Of a stretch of 64,000 nt of DNA, positions 1 to 13,499 are shown piece after piece; the stretch's first letter is position 1; every line of letters starts with the position of its first letter. Position numbers and translations under genes: made by a program. The stretch comes from Chara braunii. Its lineage: Eukaryota > Plantae > Charophyceae. The notes under the pieces are model-generated. The model did no database searches, had not been told where the DNA came from, and was given only the letters and a program-made list of their open reading frames with translations. The stretch covers positions 4,431,832 through 4,495,831 of the forward strand of contig BFEA01000011.1 in assembly GCA_003427395.1 (NCBI GenBank), written 5' to 3'.

Positions 1-1220
1 AGATCCTTAAGTTCCTTGGCTTTCGGGGCTACTTCATCGAAGGGATGTTTCGGTTCCTTTATAGGGACTGAAGACCTTCTTAGAAGTAGCTTTTGAAAAG
101 TTTCTTTGGTCATCCGGTCATTAACCGTGATGCCTTTGACCCTTAGCCGCTCTATCCAAACTTCTGATTGTTTCACTTGAAGATCATCCCATTCTGAAAG
201 GATACGTGTCCGCTCCTTCCCCCACACTTTCTCCGATACTGGATCTTCCAGCACGCGGGACTCTGCATAGGCAACTTATTTTTGAAGGTTAACTAACCTC
301 TTGTTCCTTTCAAAGGCCAGAATCCTTGAAAAAACGTTTAGCAGATTTGAGAAAATATTCATACCTGCATCCCACCATTTTGCAGCTGACGTGAAATTCA
401 AACGTGAGGTGGACCAATCCCTCCAAAAGCACTTCATCCATGCGATAAGGCCAGGTTCATTAAGATTTTGGGTATTGAACCTAAAAAGGTCTTTGCCCCT
501 TACGGTCTCCGAAGTGATTATCGAGATGGTTACTGGGTTATGGTCCGACATAGGGTGGTATCGAGATTGTACATTCTCGATTGACTTCCACAGATTTGCA
601 GAAGTGAGGAAGTAATCAAGGCGACGTTTGGTAATCCCGGTATTCTCACGGTAGTGAGAGTACCATGTAAAACCTGCGTCGTCTGGGCGTAGGAGTCTGA
701 ATGGATCTATCAACTCAAGTTCTGTCATGGTTGTATCCAGCGCGAATTTATCGTTAGTGCTTCTACCTTCCGATAGGGCATCCAACGTTAAATTCCAGTC
801 TCCGGTAATAATTAATTTTTCGCTTTCATGGATAATCATCGAGAGTTCAGAAAATAAAATAGCTCTTTCCCTGATTTCTACTGGAGCATAAATACATAAG
901 ATGACCCAATAGCATTCGTCCATAAAGCACTTGATCCAGGGCCATCTTCCCCACAAGTCTGAGTAAAACTCCGCCGCAAGATTCCTGTGTACTAAAATGG
1001 TGGTACCTCCCCTCGTGTCTACAGCTAGAGACCATAACTGTGGTCCGTCCCACCAATTGCCGAGTGCAACAATCTTCTCTTCGTTTAATTTCGTCTCTTG
1101 TAAACAGATAATTTCAATGTTGTTCTAAAAAACCCAGGATTTTAGTCTCTCCTCCTTGTATCTACCAGTGGTTTCCCCTAACCCCTTTACGTTCCATGAT
1201 GCAATCCTTAACTTAACCAT
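1..1220 (-). pseudogene. LINE-A ORF2 N-terminus (APE endonuclease), disrupted
   Basis: ATG at 1220-1218; SWNVRGL, CLQETK, GDWN and SDH motifs; stops and frameshifts present. Confidence 0.88.
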
Positions 1221-3428
1221 TTAGCAGGGATCCCCGCTCACCTGAATGGATCTGGGGAGAACCCTGCGACGACAACAACCAAGCACTGGTCAGCATGTGC
1301 TGAACGTACGGGGAATTCAGTTTCTTTTCCCTGAGCAGCCTTCCATCAACTTCCGCCAAACATTCAGCTGTTTGCAGCGGCGGAATTTTCAATCTCCTGA
1401 GCTCCGATTTCCGAGGGTCGGCTATCCACGTAAGAGGGATAAGTTTCATGCCCTCACTTTCCAGTTTCTCTAACTGACCAGGGATGAAATGAGCATCCTG
1501 GATCGGGACAAAGAACTTAATTCTCTTGCCGTCACCTTCTGGGCTGTCCATAATAATACGGGGCATAGAGCAATCCGGAATGATACGAAAAATAAAACGA
1601 TCGGCAATCGCCGGTCTGATCATCGCAACCATTGCCGATGGCATAGGTTGCTCTGGTGCGGGGAGAGAGATAAACACGTTGGACCCATCCAGCATAGACC
1701 ACGTTATGACCCAATACGAGTTGCGAGCATAAGTGCAGAAGAGAGGCAGAATTCGGTTATCCACTTTTGGAAGTTGCCCTTTCGAAAGAGAGGCGACCGA
1801 CGTGCGGTGCCTAGTGGTTTTACTGCCCGGGGTTCCAATTTCCCTAATCTGACCCTGTGAGGGATCTGAGTGGGGAAGAGAGTTATCCGAATTCTCGCCC
1901 TGGACTCTACCGCTTGATGCGACACTATCGTCCATACTCAACCGACGGTGCTTACCTGGGGTGGTTGAACGTTGATCCGTGAGACTGCTGCTTACTCCTT
2001 TCGGAGGAAGCCCAATCTTTTCTCCATTATTGATGCTGCCCTCCGGTTGTCCTGGCGGTATGATGAGACCTTGAGCGCCTTGAGGCTGTGAACTTGTTGG
2101 CGTCGGCTGATGACTAGTTCCGGCGGCCTGTGCCCCTCCCACCCCTGGGTAAGTACCCAAAGGGGGACGGGGGGGGGGGGATAAAACATTTGCGCTGGAT
2201 ACATCACGGATTGGCCCCCCTGCTGAGAAATCCAGGGGCCGAAGGCGTGGGCCAGGCCGTTTTGCAAGCCATACAAAGGCATGTGCATGCCATGCTGAAC
2301 AGCCATGGGGTCGAAGCCTTGGTTAAAAATAGGATTGAGGTGCGCACTTGGGAACACTGGGAGAGGTTGTCCTTTCGATGTGGTAGCCTGACCGCTCGTT
2401 CCGCCTGCTGCGAGTTGTGATGGAGATGAAGAAATCCCCATATAGCTCATATGCCCTACATATCTTGATTGATGTTGACCTTGTTGCTGACCTTGCTGTT
2501 GAGACTGGTTGTTGATCTGGCTTCCTTGTTGAGCTTGGTTGCCGTGTTGACCTTGGTTACCTTGGTTGTTGACTTGCTGTCCTGCCCCTCCTCTTCGACA
2601 CTCGTTTGCAGTATGAAAGAAAGCACGACAACGCTGGCATCGAGGAGTGTCAGACGATGCGAGCTTGACTTCTAGTTCATCTCCTTCGGAGGTGACGACC
2701 CAGATTTTGTCCTTCATGTTAGGACGTGAGTCTGGTTCGAGGTCAAATTTCACGTTTATAAGCGAAGACTTCAGTCTGTTTGGCTCAATAGGGCGCCTAT
2801 GGATGACAGGACCAATGGCTTTGCTAACTTGAGCTTCTAAGTAAATGAAGGAATCCAGAGGGACTTGTACCGCTATCACCCAAAAGGATTGGCGGTCTTC
2901 GTCTTGTCCCTGGTCCCTCAATTGTGCTTCAGTGAGCCATGGTTTGAAGTCAAACCGATAAGTGGAGGAGCCTATCGAGATTTCTTCCTGTCCTTTAGTA
3001 ACAAGCCAAGAAGCAATAACTTTGTTCTTTGCTACGTAGGACAATACGTTGGGGATCTCAATTTTGACTCTTCCTCTTCTAAACACTTCGGCCTCGAAAC
3101 TGCCGTCCTGCACTTTTTCATCCTCGTAAGCCCTAACGATATCATCTTTTACCTTCTTTGGTAAGAACCTGGCTCCTTCTCTGAAAATAATCGTCACTGT
3201 ATGCTCTTTGAGCCATGCGATCTTAACCCGATCCAACGTGAGGTTCACTTTGAACCTGACCTCTCTTCCTTCGATCGTCATCTCACCAGGATCAATTTCA
3301 GTTGGGAGGATCCCTTCCTCATAACAAAGTCTCATTAGTTCCTTCACCCTATCTTCATCCTCTCTATCTATCCCTGGGTCTGGTGGAGGGGAGCGAGGTT
3401 CTCTCGCGTCCTCACCATCCGCCATCAT
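1213..3428 (-). pseudogene. LINE-A ORF1 (zinc-knuckle gag-like protein), split by a frameshift
   Basis: ORFs 1992..3428 and 1213..2160 are both homologous to parts of LINE-B ORF1. The frame change falls at the G/C homopolymer at 2162-2180. Confidence 0.85.
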
Positions 3429-3928
3429 TCCTGACTCCGTCTTGATATACTAAAGTTATGAAGAAAAGATCGTGGGCAGGTAAATACGAAATCCTCCTTC
3501 TCTCCAACTAGACGAGGCTGACAAGAATAGCTTCTAAGGGAGCTAGTTTCACTTAGCGTCTTCTAACAGTGTCGGGTTCGGTGACGGCTGGGCGAAGGGG
3601 GAGCCACAGATCGTGACAGCCTAAGTAGACTGTGGCGAAAAGCTCTTCGAAGACAGTGCGGAGTAGTACGGCTACCTCCATAGCCGTGGCGCCATCATGT
3701 TGGTGACGTCAACGACTGTCCCAGTCCCGTCGTTACCGATGGGATAGCGCTTGGTCCGAAACGTAGCGCGCCGGCGGAAGCACTCCAGACGAACCCTCTC
3801 AGTTAAAATGGCGATTTCCGTGTTCTACGGAAATGTTCGTTCTAATTTTGCACATTTGGTGAGTAGTGGAGCAAGGCCCTTAGTGAAATTTCTCAGGACT
3901 ATGGTAGTCCTCGAAAAATGCCTCTTGG

Positions 3929-4458
3929 ATCCACTGGCCTAACTCAGTTGGTAAGGCACGCAAGTGGCATTCATGAGGTCTTGGGTTCAATCCCCGTTGG
4001 CCCCATGTACCTTCCTGGGCAACCTATGCCATTGGTTCCCCCGAGTGCCATTGAGCAGAGACTGTTGATGTTCATAGGGGAAGGGGACCGGAGGGGAAGC
4101 ATAGTCACTGGCCCATCGAAGAAGATCGGTCCTCGTGCTACCGGCTGACCCCTGGCCGGTATCCCCCGCCTGCTACAGCAGGTATCACACCTGCTGGCCG
4201 GTGCAGCTCCCGCATGCTCCCTGGTTGGCGGCTTGAGCACGGATGTCCTGCTACGGAGTTCCCCGTAATACTATAATAATGACAATAAAAAAGGCCTGAA
4301 AGAGGGTCCGGCCCAGATTCGACAGGTAATTGAATTGGTAGGGCAGTCTGTACCCTATTTCAATAAAAAAAAAAAGGCCTGAAAGGGGGTCCGGTCCAGA
4401 TTCGACAGGTAATTGAATTGGTTGGGCAGTCTATACCCTATTTCAAAAAAAAAAAAAA
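3929..4458 (+). mobile_element. tRNA-derived SINE, family 1 (tRNA-Ala(GGC)-like head) with a duplicated 3' tail
   Basis: A box (TAACTCAGTTGG) and B box (GGTTCAATCC), a body shared with copies at ~53930 and ~63200, a ~76-bp tail present twice, and poly(A). Confidence 0.9.
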
Positions 4459-4459
4459 C

Positions 4460-7400
4460 TGCCGCGTGGAGTGAAGAGTGGGATTTCCGCTAGCGATAGC
4501 GTTATTCGGTGCGCTATTCCGGAGGTTTGATACCCTCCCTGTTTAGTGGTCGCCGAGGAAGCGCAGGGTTTTGACGCTACAGGTAAACTCTAGGCCCGGG
4601 GGAACACGACGGTTGGCACGTTAATGCTCTAAGTTAGTGTTTTCGGGTAACAATGGATAAGCCATCTCCGAGTAGTCAGCGCCATGATGACCTTGGTGAG
4701 GTCTGTGCTTCTTGTTTGGCAATTTCCGAACACTCTCCGAGGAGAAGGAAGACGGACAGGATGACCCCCTTATTTCGTATTATCCATCAGTTAATGCGAT
4801 TTTTTTCGAAGTCTAGCAGTTCGCGTTTGGTGTGAGAGGTTTCCAAGGGCGTGCGTCACAGTAGGTGCCCGCCATTGAAGTGTACAGCGATAACTGGTTT
4901 TTAATAACAATTGAAGAAGACTCGTTAAACAAGCTATGGCATCACAAGGAGAGATCCTGCAAGGGAGAGCAAGGGGGCAACAAGGCAGTAGAGGACGTTC
5001 CCCTCCGAACAGTGCAGATGTGCCACTCTCGGAGGAAGACCGGATGAAGATGCTGATATCTAAATGTTATGACGACGGCATTTTACCAGAGAAATTTCAA
5101 CATGGTGAATGGATCATCGAGAATGGAGTACGGGTTTTTGTAGTCAATCCACAACTCGACGAGCTCACCACAACCTGGCTTAAGGAACGCACCGTTACAA
5201 TAATATTCCAAGGTGCTGCGAGGGATCTACTGATGAGAACCAGAGAAGACTTGATACGGGGTGATGAGAACGGCTGGCATAGAGAACGTAGTTTTGACTG
5301 TAATTCTGAAAAGGGTCGAGTGCATGCCAAGGGACCCAACGTCTTCTCTTATGTAGCGAAGTCTAGAGAGGTAGCGCAGTGGATGGTGCCGAAGGTGGAG
5401 GACGAAGTGACTATCCGAGGTATTGATTACGACATGATTTTTAAACCTTGGTGGATGCGCTCATAACTAGATGAGAGAAGAAGGCTTGAAGACAAATCCA
5501 AGTTCTGGGTTATGGCAATTTGTGTCCCCTTGCGGGCAATGTTCCATATTGAGAGTATGGTGGAAACTTCGATGGGACACGTAATAAACAGTATCCCTCC
5601 AGAACAAGATCGCACCAAGCCTAAACTCATGAACCTCAAATTCGAGCTCAATAAAGAGGCAAAAGGTAACTTTGAGCCCGAGTTTTCCATCCGTTTGGGA
5701 AGCGAGACCATCCTGATTAAGTTTGTGTGTAAACATATGCCATGGTTTACGAGATGCGGATGGTGGAACCATACGGCAGAAGACGGCTGCCCAAGAGTTG
5801 AAGAAGATGAAGCTAATCAGGAAGAAAACGTGCAGCGACAGCCAAACTCTACTCGCAACCGTCAACAACGAGGACAAGAGAATTATCAAATTCGACACGC
5901 AACTTCTCAAGACCGCTCTTCGAACACAGAAGGAGCAAACCAGTTCCATTCTACGGGTGGAGAACGGAGTAGCAGACAACCGGTTATGCAAGCAACATCG
6001 AGAGCAAGAGGTCCAAGTGGAGAGGTCCGTTGCAGAGAAAGGGGTGAATCCAGCGGCAACCAAAGGGCGTCTGTGACAAGGCAAAACCAACTACTACCTC
6101 TGCAGCAACAACATCGAGGGGCTTTCAGGCTAAACACACCCCTAGGAATTCAAGTCTCAAGGCTTGATCAAGCAATTTTACCATACTTTTCGGTTTCGCT
6201 AAGGTATGGTATTTTTTTTCGGCCACAACACGAAGGCTCAGAGGGAGGTAATTACCTCATGACCTCTGTTGGCACAAGGACTCTGGCAGCCAAAAGCGCA
6301 CCAAGAGGAAGCAGCAATAATTGCTGTAAATTTTCCGAGCGTACAAAGCCCGAACGGATGAGAGGCGTCGGGTCTATGGCAGAGCAGGTGAGGGAGGTCA
6401 CACAAATGGAAGATGAACATGAGGGGGAAGGGGACGAGGGAGTGGATGGACTGCCCGATGGCTCGATTGACAGAAACCAATCTCAAGGATAAAGGATGAA
6501 GGAATCCCCTCGTATTATTCCTTTGGGGGTTGAAAGAGATATTTTGGAAGATAGGGTCTTCGAAGAACAAATGCTTTTGCCGCTGGTTTGCGCAAGACGC
6601 GACCGGGAAGTCTTTGTCGTTGGCCTACTAGTTGACAGAGAAGATAACTTGATTATGCCGATAGTGAGGGTCGAAGAAATACCGATGGAAACGTCGATCC
6701 GGGAAAGGGTGAGATACCTCTACGCAGACAGATTCCCCTTTCGTCTATTCCCGGAGTTTATGTTGCCTAAACTCAGGGCGGAGGTAGCAAAGGACAAGGT
6801 AGTTCGTTACACTATTGCCTTCATCGATGCACGTCTTCCGAGTGAGGTCTGGACAGGCCTATCCTCAGTAGGACTAGGCATTTTCCCGCTGGATGCACTT
6901 TTACAACCATCCATCGATCTGATGTCCGATGTGATAGTTGAACCAGGTGTACCGACTTCATTTCTGACGGATTTCCACCCCAACATGCCCGGAATGTGTA
7001 ATTGTCATCAGACCTGTTTAACAACCATTTCGTCGAAATGGACATTTTTTATTTTTTGCCGAAAACTCGTCAAAATTTGTTATTTTTGAGGGTTTAGCGT
7101 TTTACAAACGCTGGACCCCCTGGCTGTACATAGACCTCGTTTGAGACCAGGCACCTCTAGGCAGGACTGGAGGTGCCAGGTCTCAAGCGAGGTCCATGTA
7201 CAGCCAGGGGGTCCAGCGTTTGTAAAACGCTAGACCCTCAGAAACAACAAATTTTGACGAGTTTTCGGCAAAAAAACTCAGTTTCAATTTCGTTCAAAAA
7301 ATAAAAGATGTCCATTTTGATGAAATGGCAGTTTTTCATGAATGCCTCTCCGAAGAGTGGGCGATTGACGATGGTCAAGAAGACGAGGAAGGCACCGACG

Positions 7401-10400
7401 ATCAAAATTCAGTTTCAGCAGGCATCCAGTCAGCAGGCCTGAACCCAGTGGTTGATGGGTAGTCTAAAGATAGCAAGTTGGAATGTGAGGGGGCTTGGGG
7501 ATACAAATGGTAAACAAAAATGGAAAAGGCTAAAGAGTTGGGACTCATGAAAAATGGATAGATGTGAAGATGCTACAGGAAACAAAGCTATCTGAGGTTA
7601 AACTAGCTCAACTGACGAAATGGTGGGATGAACCACAACTCTGGTCCCCGACCAAAGGATCTAAAAAAGGGGTGGCGATGCTCATCCACAGAAGACTGGA
7701 AGCAAGACTTATTGATTCACATTGTGATATATGGGGTCATTGGTGTTGTGTTAGGATAGAGATAGGTGAGACAGAATGGGCCTTCACGCCTCTGTACGCT
7801 CTGAATGAACCTAGAGAGAGAATCATATTCTTTGACATGCTGCCACATGTGCTCCCTAACTGTGGAAATTTCATCATTGGAGGTGACTGGAACACTGTTC
7901 TCAGTCCGGGGATGGATTCTGAGTCAGATGGCCGCCTCACAACGGACAGAGTCAAGCTGCTCAGGTGGATTGGTGCTTGGAAGCTCAGAGACATCTTCAG
8001 AGACTTTAACCCAATGAAACATGAATTCTTTTGGGTAGGCCAATTTGTCCAGCACGCGGGAGTCAGAAGAATAATTGATTTCTTTCTCACCTCCGAAGTA
8101 GCAGGAAACACAGTTCGGAATGTCCACATACAAAATGCACCATTTTTTTATCACAAGCAGAGTGCATCACTTCCGCTTTGACCGAGAGAGGCTCTGACTA
8201 TTTCCGACTAAATTCGCTCCTTCTGCAAGATGAAGGCATCGGTCGATGGATGGAGGAGTTTTGGCAGAGCTGGAGATCTTCCAGACAGGACTTCGATGCC
8301 TCAGTAGAATGGATTGACACAGGTCTTAGAATTATCTCCTTGATGCTGGATTTGTGCTCCCGAATAGCAGCTTTCCTGCAAAACAAGGAAGAACAAATTC
8401 TTTGAAAAAAGGTGGAAGCGGCAGAAGAGAAACTAGGGGAACACTTGATTTCGGGCCTCTTCTGGGCTGAGGAACGGAAAGAGAGATTGCAGGAGTGAGA
8501 GAGTTATCAGTGTCGTAAAGAAGAAAGGTGAAACTAAATTCTACAGACAAAAGGGATTGGGACATCAGACAGAATGACTAAAGAGACTTTCAAAAAATTT
8601 CTTCCAAGAAACAGAACGGTGCAGATGAGGGAACTGCAACATCCACATTTGTTGGGTCAGCCACGAGCAACACCAAGTGAGAATCTGTGCAAATACGTTG
8701 CATCCTACTTTCAAGACATTTTAACGACAAGGCGCCCATTTGATGATTTGAACATCGATATAACTGAACTGTCCCCGCTCTGAAACAACATGGAGGTGAA
8801 AATTTCAGCTGAGTCTAGACAAGGGCTGGACATGCCTATTACGAAAGAGAAATTTATCACTACAGTCAAGTCAATGACCCTTAGAAAAAACTCCGGGGGA
8901 AGATGGGCTACCGGTGGAATTCTTCATTGCCTATATGCAACCGTTTGTAGGAGATCTCATTGACATGAATAACTCCATCTTGGATGGTGGGACGTTAGGG
9001 AGGACGATGACTCAGGGCATCATTTCCTTGCTCTACAAGAAAGGTGATCAAAGTGAAGTCCGCAATTGGCGTCACATCTCTCTTCTGAACGTGGTATATA
9101 AATTTCTAGCGAAGGCTCTGGCATGCAGACTGTCGAAATTTCTCCCCAGTTTGATCCAAAGAGACCAAGGAGTGTTCGTTTGAGGGTGATCCATCTTTGA
9201 AAACATCGTAACAACTATTGAGGTTTTGAAACTCGTGGAAAGGGAGGAGGAAGACGTTGCAATCCTTCTGTTGGACTTAGAAAAGGCTTATGACCGAGTC
9301 AACTGGACTTTTGTACAAAATTCAGGGTGGTTGGCTTTGGACAACCCTTCTGCAATTGGGTAAAGGTCATGTATAGCTTGTCTACAGCAGCAGTTCGTGT
9401 AAACGGGCATATATCGGATGAATTTCATCTGTCGTGCTCTCTGCGATAGGGATGTCCCTTGGCGTTGTTGCTCTTTGCCTTGCATCTGGAGCCCCTTCTC
9501 TGTAACTTCAGGAGGCACCCAGAAATCACGGGTATTGTTTTGGAGAACGGAAAGAAGAGTCGTGTCAAAGCACTAGCGGATGACTTGTTTACCATTTCTC
9601 AAAATTCATGTCAGTCTTTGGATGCACTCAAATCTTGTTTGTCTAACTTCGCTGAACTGTCTGAGGCAGCGGTGAATTGAAACAAGTTCGTCTTTTTCCT
9701 TCCGAAGAAGTTCTCGCCGAGTGTTCAATGGGGTATGGAAAGAGTACAGGCTGACACGGCGGAATGATTTCTGGGCGTCCAAGTGACATTGGGAGATTGC
9801 TACTCCTCACAGGACTTTATAAGCAAGAAAAAATTTCCAAACGAGTCAAGGGGTGAGGGAGAGCCTTCCACATGTCTCTCATAGAAAGAGCGTTGGTAAT
9901 AACGGTGTTTGCTTTTGCTCTTCTCTGGTACGTAGCAGCACTCTGAAGATTGTCCCCAGCGACACTCAAAACGGTAAAAGAAGTAGCATGCTGATTTATC
10001 TGGAAGCCGGACAGCCACTAAGACCAATGTTACATCTCCAAGATCGCCTGGGACAACATCTGTCTACCGAAAGCGGGAGGTGGGTTATCTGTGGTTGATA
10101 AGGCTCTGCAAAATACGACACTATTAGCTAAGTGGATCACCAGAGTGGCGACATGAGATCAGGAAGCCGACTGGATTCTTCTGGCAGAACTGTTGCTAGT
10201 AAGAGAATGAAAGTTGTCTAGAGCGAAAAACTTTTGGTTCGTCATTATGACGGACACATATTCTTGTAAGCGTCTTAGATCGAGGTTTTGGTGTGACGTA
10301 TTGCTGGCCTGGAAGAAGGCAAAGCCCACGATAGTGATCCCCCCATGCTCAAAGGAGGAAGTAAAACACCAACCTTTATTTGAGAATCCATGGATTCAAG

Positions 10401-12115
10401 AAAGTGAAGGAAGTTGGTTCTCATTGCACAGAAAACCAAGCTCCTTCGGTCAGAGTTCGCTTCAAAAGGGGATCAGTACTGTTGGCGACTTGTGGGACGA
10501 TTCAACAAACCAGTGGAAGTCTCATCTACAACTGAAACAGACTCCTGGCCAACTACCAATGCAAGAAGACAGGGCAAAGCAGTTAAAGGAAGCCATACCG
10601 AAAAACTGGAGACTTTTGTTGGGCCCGGAAGGCCTCAATAGACCAGGAACGTGGTACAAACAGTTAAACAGTGAAGCGGACCTGTTTTTTAGAGTAGAGA
10701 GCTGGTATGAAGGCGGTGTGGGCAAACGCTGGATGAAATCGTACGAACAGGAGGTCCAAGGCCTTCCAAAATTAGAAAGAGTTGGCATGCAATTGCATTA
10801 TGGCCTTAATAGATTCACAAAAGTCAGGGTAAGGATGCAGGTACCTGTAGATGCAGACCTCCCGATGATCCCTTTCTTAGTTGGCAATGACACCCCTCTC
10901 AATAAGTCGAGGATTGATGAGGCAGCCTGGGGATGGAAGGTGGAGGAAAATCTGGTTAAAGGATTGGGTAACCTCGATGAGAACTTGCTTCCGAAACTTA
11001 AAACAGAACCAAAGACGCTAATTTCTAAGATCAATGGAAGGTGGCAAAGGGAGATTTTGGAGTTGCCACCTCCGATGTACAGAGAGTTGTCACGCGTATG
11101 GTCATAGTTGGAGTTTCTCCTGTCGCAAAAATGGCCTCCCTACTATGGCGTCAGTTACACCTAGCAGTTCCGACCTCAAAATGGTTGTCGGATAAGAGAA
11201 TGGTTGTCAACACAGTTTGTGTCCGCTGTCAAAATGAAACGAAATCGACATCCCACCTTTGGTGGGACTGTCCCAAATCACGACGATAGTGGGAATGGTG
11301 GGAGTATCATTGGAAGAGATTTACAGGGCTAGCGGAATTCATAGGTCAACAGTAGACCCTTTAGGTGGGACCCCGGAGGGCTTCAACCGCAAGGAGCGAT
11401 GGGGGTATATAGCATAGGTGTGTTGTGCAATCCTTCTTTAGGTTATCTAGCTCGATCAGAATAGTAAGAGATTCCAGGGTGTTATTATGACAGAGCGGCA
11501 AGCAGGAGTAACTTTCAAACTCCTACTGACCAACACCATTCGCCAGGCAGACTAGTACAAGAGGGTCAAGGACTTTGATAAAGCTACTGGGCTGGCTTGG
11601 TTCAAGAAGACCTGGTGCATCAGGGAGCAACTTGCTCGGATCACTCATGAAGGGAAATTGACCCTGTGCAATTGGATTGAGCGTAGGTAGTGAGGTAGGT
11701 AGGAAATAGGGGTTAGAATATAGGAATAAAGTAAGTTTGGCTCAATGAACCAGGTGCACTCGGTTCCAGTTGGGGAACGAAGTAGTTCGCACCGGAGTAA
11801 GGGGGGTGGGAGAGTGTCAGTCATATATAACGGAACAGGGTTCCTCTCGACCGAATTAGGCCGAGGTAGTAGTGACAGGTGGTAAGGTCACGTGCATGAT
11901 TTCTAAATTAATTGAAGTATAACATGAGAATTGATTAATAGGAATAGCTTGAGTTGTGGGTTAAACAGGAGATTCAAGTTGGTTGTCTTTGAATGGTTGG
12001 AAAACTAAACCGGTTGATGCTGTCGGGATAACTCCGGGTTGAATTGTGAGGACCCCCGACCTCGTTCATTGATGTTTTTAGAATATAAGACATTAAAAAA
12101 AAAAAGAAAAAAAAA
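4460..12115 (+). mobile_element. Near full-length degenerate L1/Tx1-clade LINE (LINE-B)
   Basis: ORF1 ~4936-7462 with a knuckle remnant. ORF2 from 7455 has APE, RT motifs (DLEKAYDRV, GCPLA, LADD) and a C-terminal CCHC (CVRC...HLWWDC). 3'UTR and poly(A) at ~12095-12115; many stops. It starts directly after the SINE poly(A). Confidence 0.93.
7020..7333. mobile_element. Fold-back MITE inserted in the 3' end of LINE-B ORF1
   Basis: Near-perfect ~310-bp hairpin centred near 7160. Removing it restores ...LSSDLFHECLSEEW..., which is collinear with LINE-A ORF1. Its arms match those of 41892-42937. Confidence 0.9.
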
Positions 12116-13499
12116 GCGGGTTGTGACTTAAGAAAAGAACAAAAAAATCAAAAGGGATAATTGCATCTGTATCCTATTTCAAGATCGGAATTCCCGCTAT
12201 GCCCAGTCCCAGCACCCAACTGGCATCTATATCCTACTTTGGTCGTACACCACGTGAAAATAGCACCAACGGGCCCAAGGCTATTAACATGGAAACTTGA
12301 GATAGAATCAAGCTGGCTATTAACATGGAAACTTGAGATCTGGAACTAGATGAAGGAAATTAAGTACTTCTGAATGAGTTGGGGCCTCAAGGCCATCAAA
12401 CGAGCTAATTCCGAAATATTTCATTTCCATTACTTCGCAGACACTTTTCTCCAATGCTGGAAATGCACGCTGGAAATGCCCTGCGCGCCAAGCTTTGTTG
12501 AGCCTTCAGGGATACTTTTTTTTTTCATTTGCCCGACACCTCCAGCCATTGTGGGCAGGGCCTACCCCGCATATGCGATAAGGGCCTGCAACGGTGTTTT
12601 GGACCAAGTGCTAAAAGGAGAAAAACAAATTATACACCTCCCGGTCTCACAGGTCCTTGGTTGGTCAGCACAAAATTATCCACATCCCTAAAATCTGGGC
12701 AGTCAAAATTGGATATGCAGTATTATGCACATAATTTGCACGGGTGTGAGCATAATTTGAGCATTCCGGTGTCGGTGTTATTACCCTTACAAGGGTATCC
12801 GCCATAGTTTTTGCAAGTGTCAGAAATGGGTGTTGATTCGAGATTTGGGTACTCCACGCAAACCGCAACCAGTTTCTTTTTGTGACCAGCCGTGTGTTGA
12901 AAGAAAATAGGGAGTATGTGAGTATGCAGTTTTGAGGCGTGCGTGATAATTCTTATTGACGTTACAGAGCCAGCACATTTGCCGACCAACTTTTTACTTT
13001 TGATTAAATTAGGATAAAGTGGTCTTTCCTATTTGACGATGCATCGACCGTGACGCGTGTGTGCGCGCAGAGGCGGCACCATTGTGACCAACGTCAGATC
13101 TAGTTACCGACACCACGCATTAAAAAATTTTACTTTCGACTTTACTTTTGAGGCGGTGGTTGAACCCGCGTGGAGTAGGATTCATAAGGGGGGAGGTTAT
13201 TATGCTGGTTTAAACGGTGCGGGCAACCATTGGCCGACATGGTGGATGCTAAGCGGAGTCCAGCATAGGAAAAATTGTTTGACTGCGGATACAAGTGGGG
13301 TATGACTTTGGAGGAGTGGATTTTTGCGAGGGTCAAGATCGACACCAGCATTGACTGTTGCATGGTAAGCGGTGTTAACGATGGGCGTAAAATGGGTTGG
13401 GCTCCTCTGCGGGGTGCTTGCCAGTCATGGGGTTAACTGGTGGGCCAAGGGGTGGCCTCGGTGTGTGTTGGTAGGGCTGCGCCCCGCTCAACACCCACT

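Larger units (their letters stand above)
1..3803 (-). mobile_element. L1/Tx1-clade LINE (LINE-A), 5' part: 5'UTR, ORF1 and start of ORF2; continues beyond the window
   Basis: ORF1 carries a CX2CX4HX4C knuckle (CQRCRAFFHTANEC). ORF2 begins MVKLRIASWNVRGLG and has APE motifs GDWN, RLDYF and SDHNP. The 5' end resembles that of LINE-B. Confidence 0.92.

Noticed and set aside
3935-4010. Functional tRNA genes (also ~47900, 48862, 53935, 63140)
   Set aside because: Stems are disrupted and most are heads of multi-copy SINE bodies.
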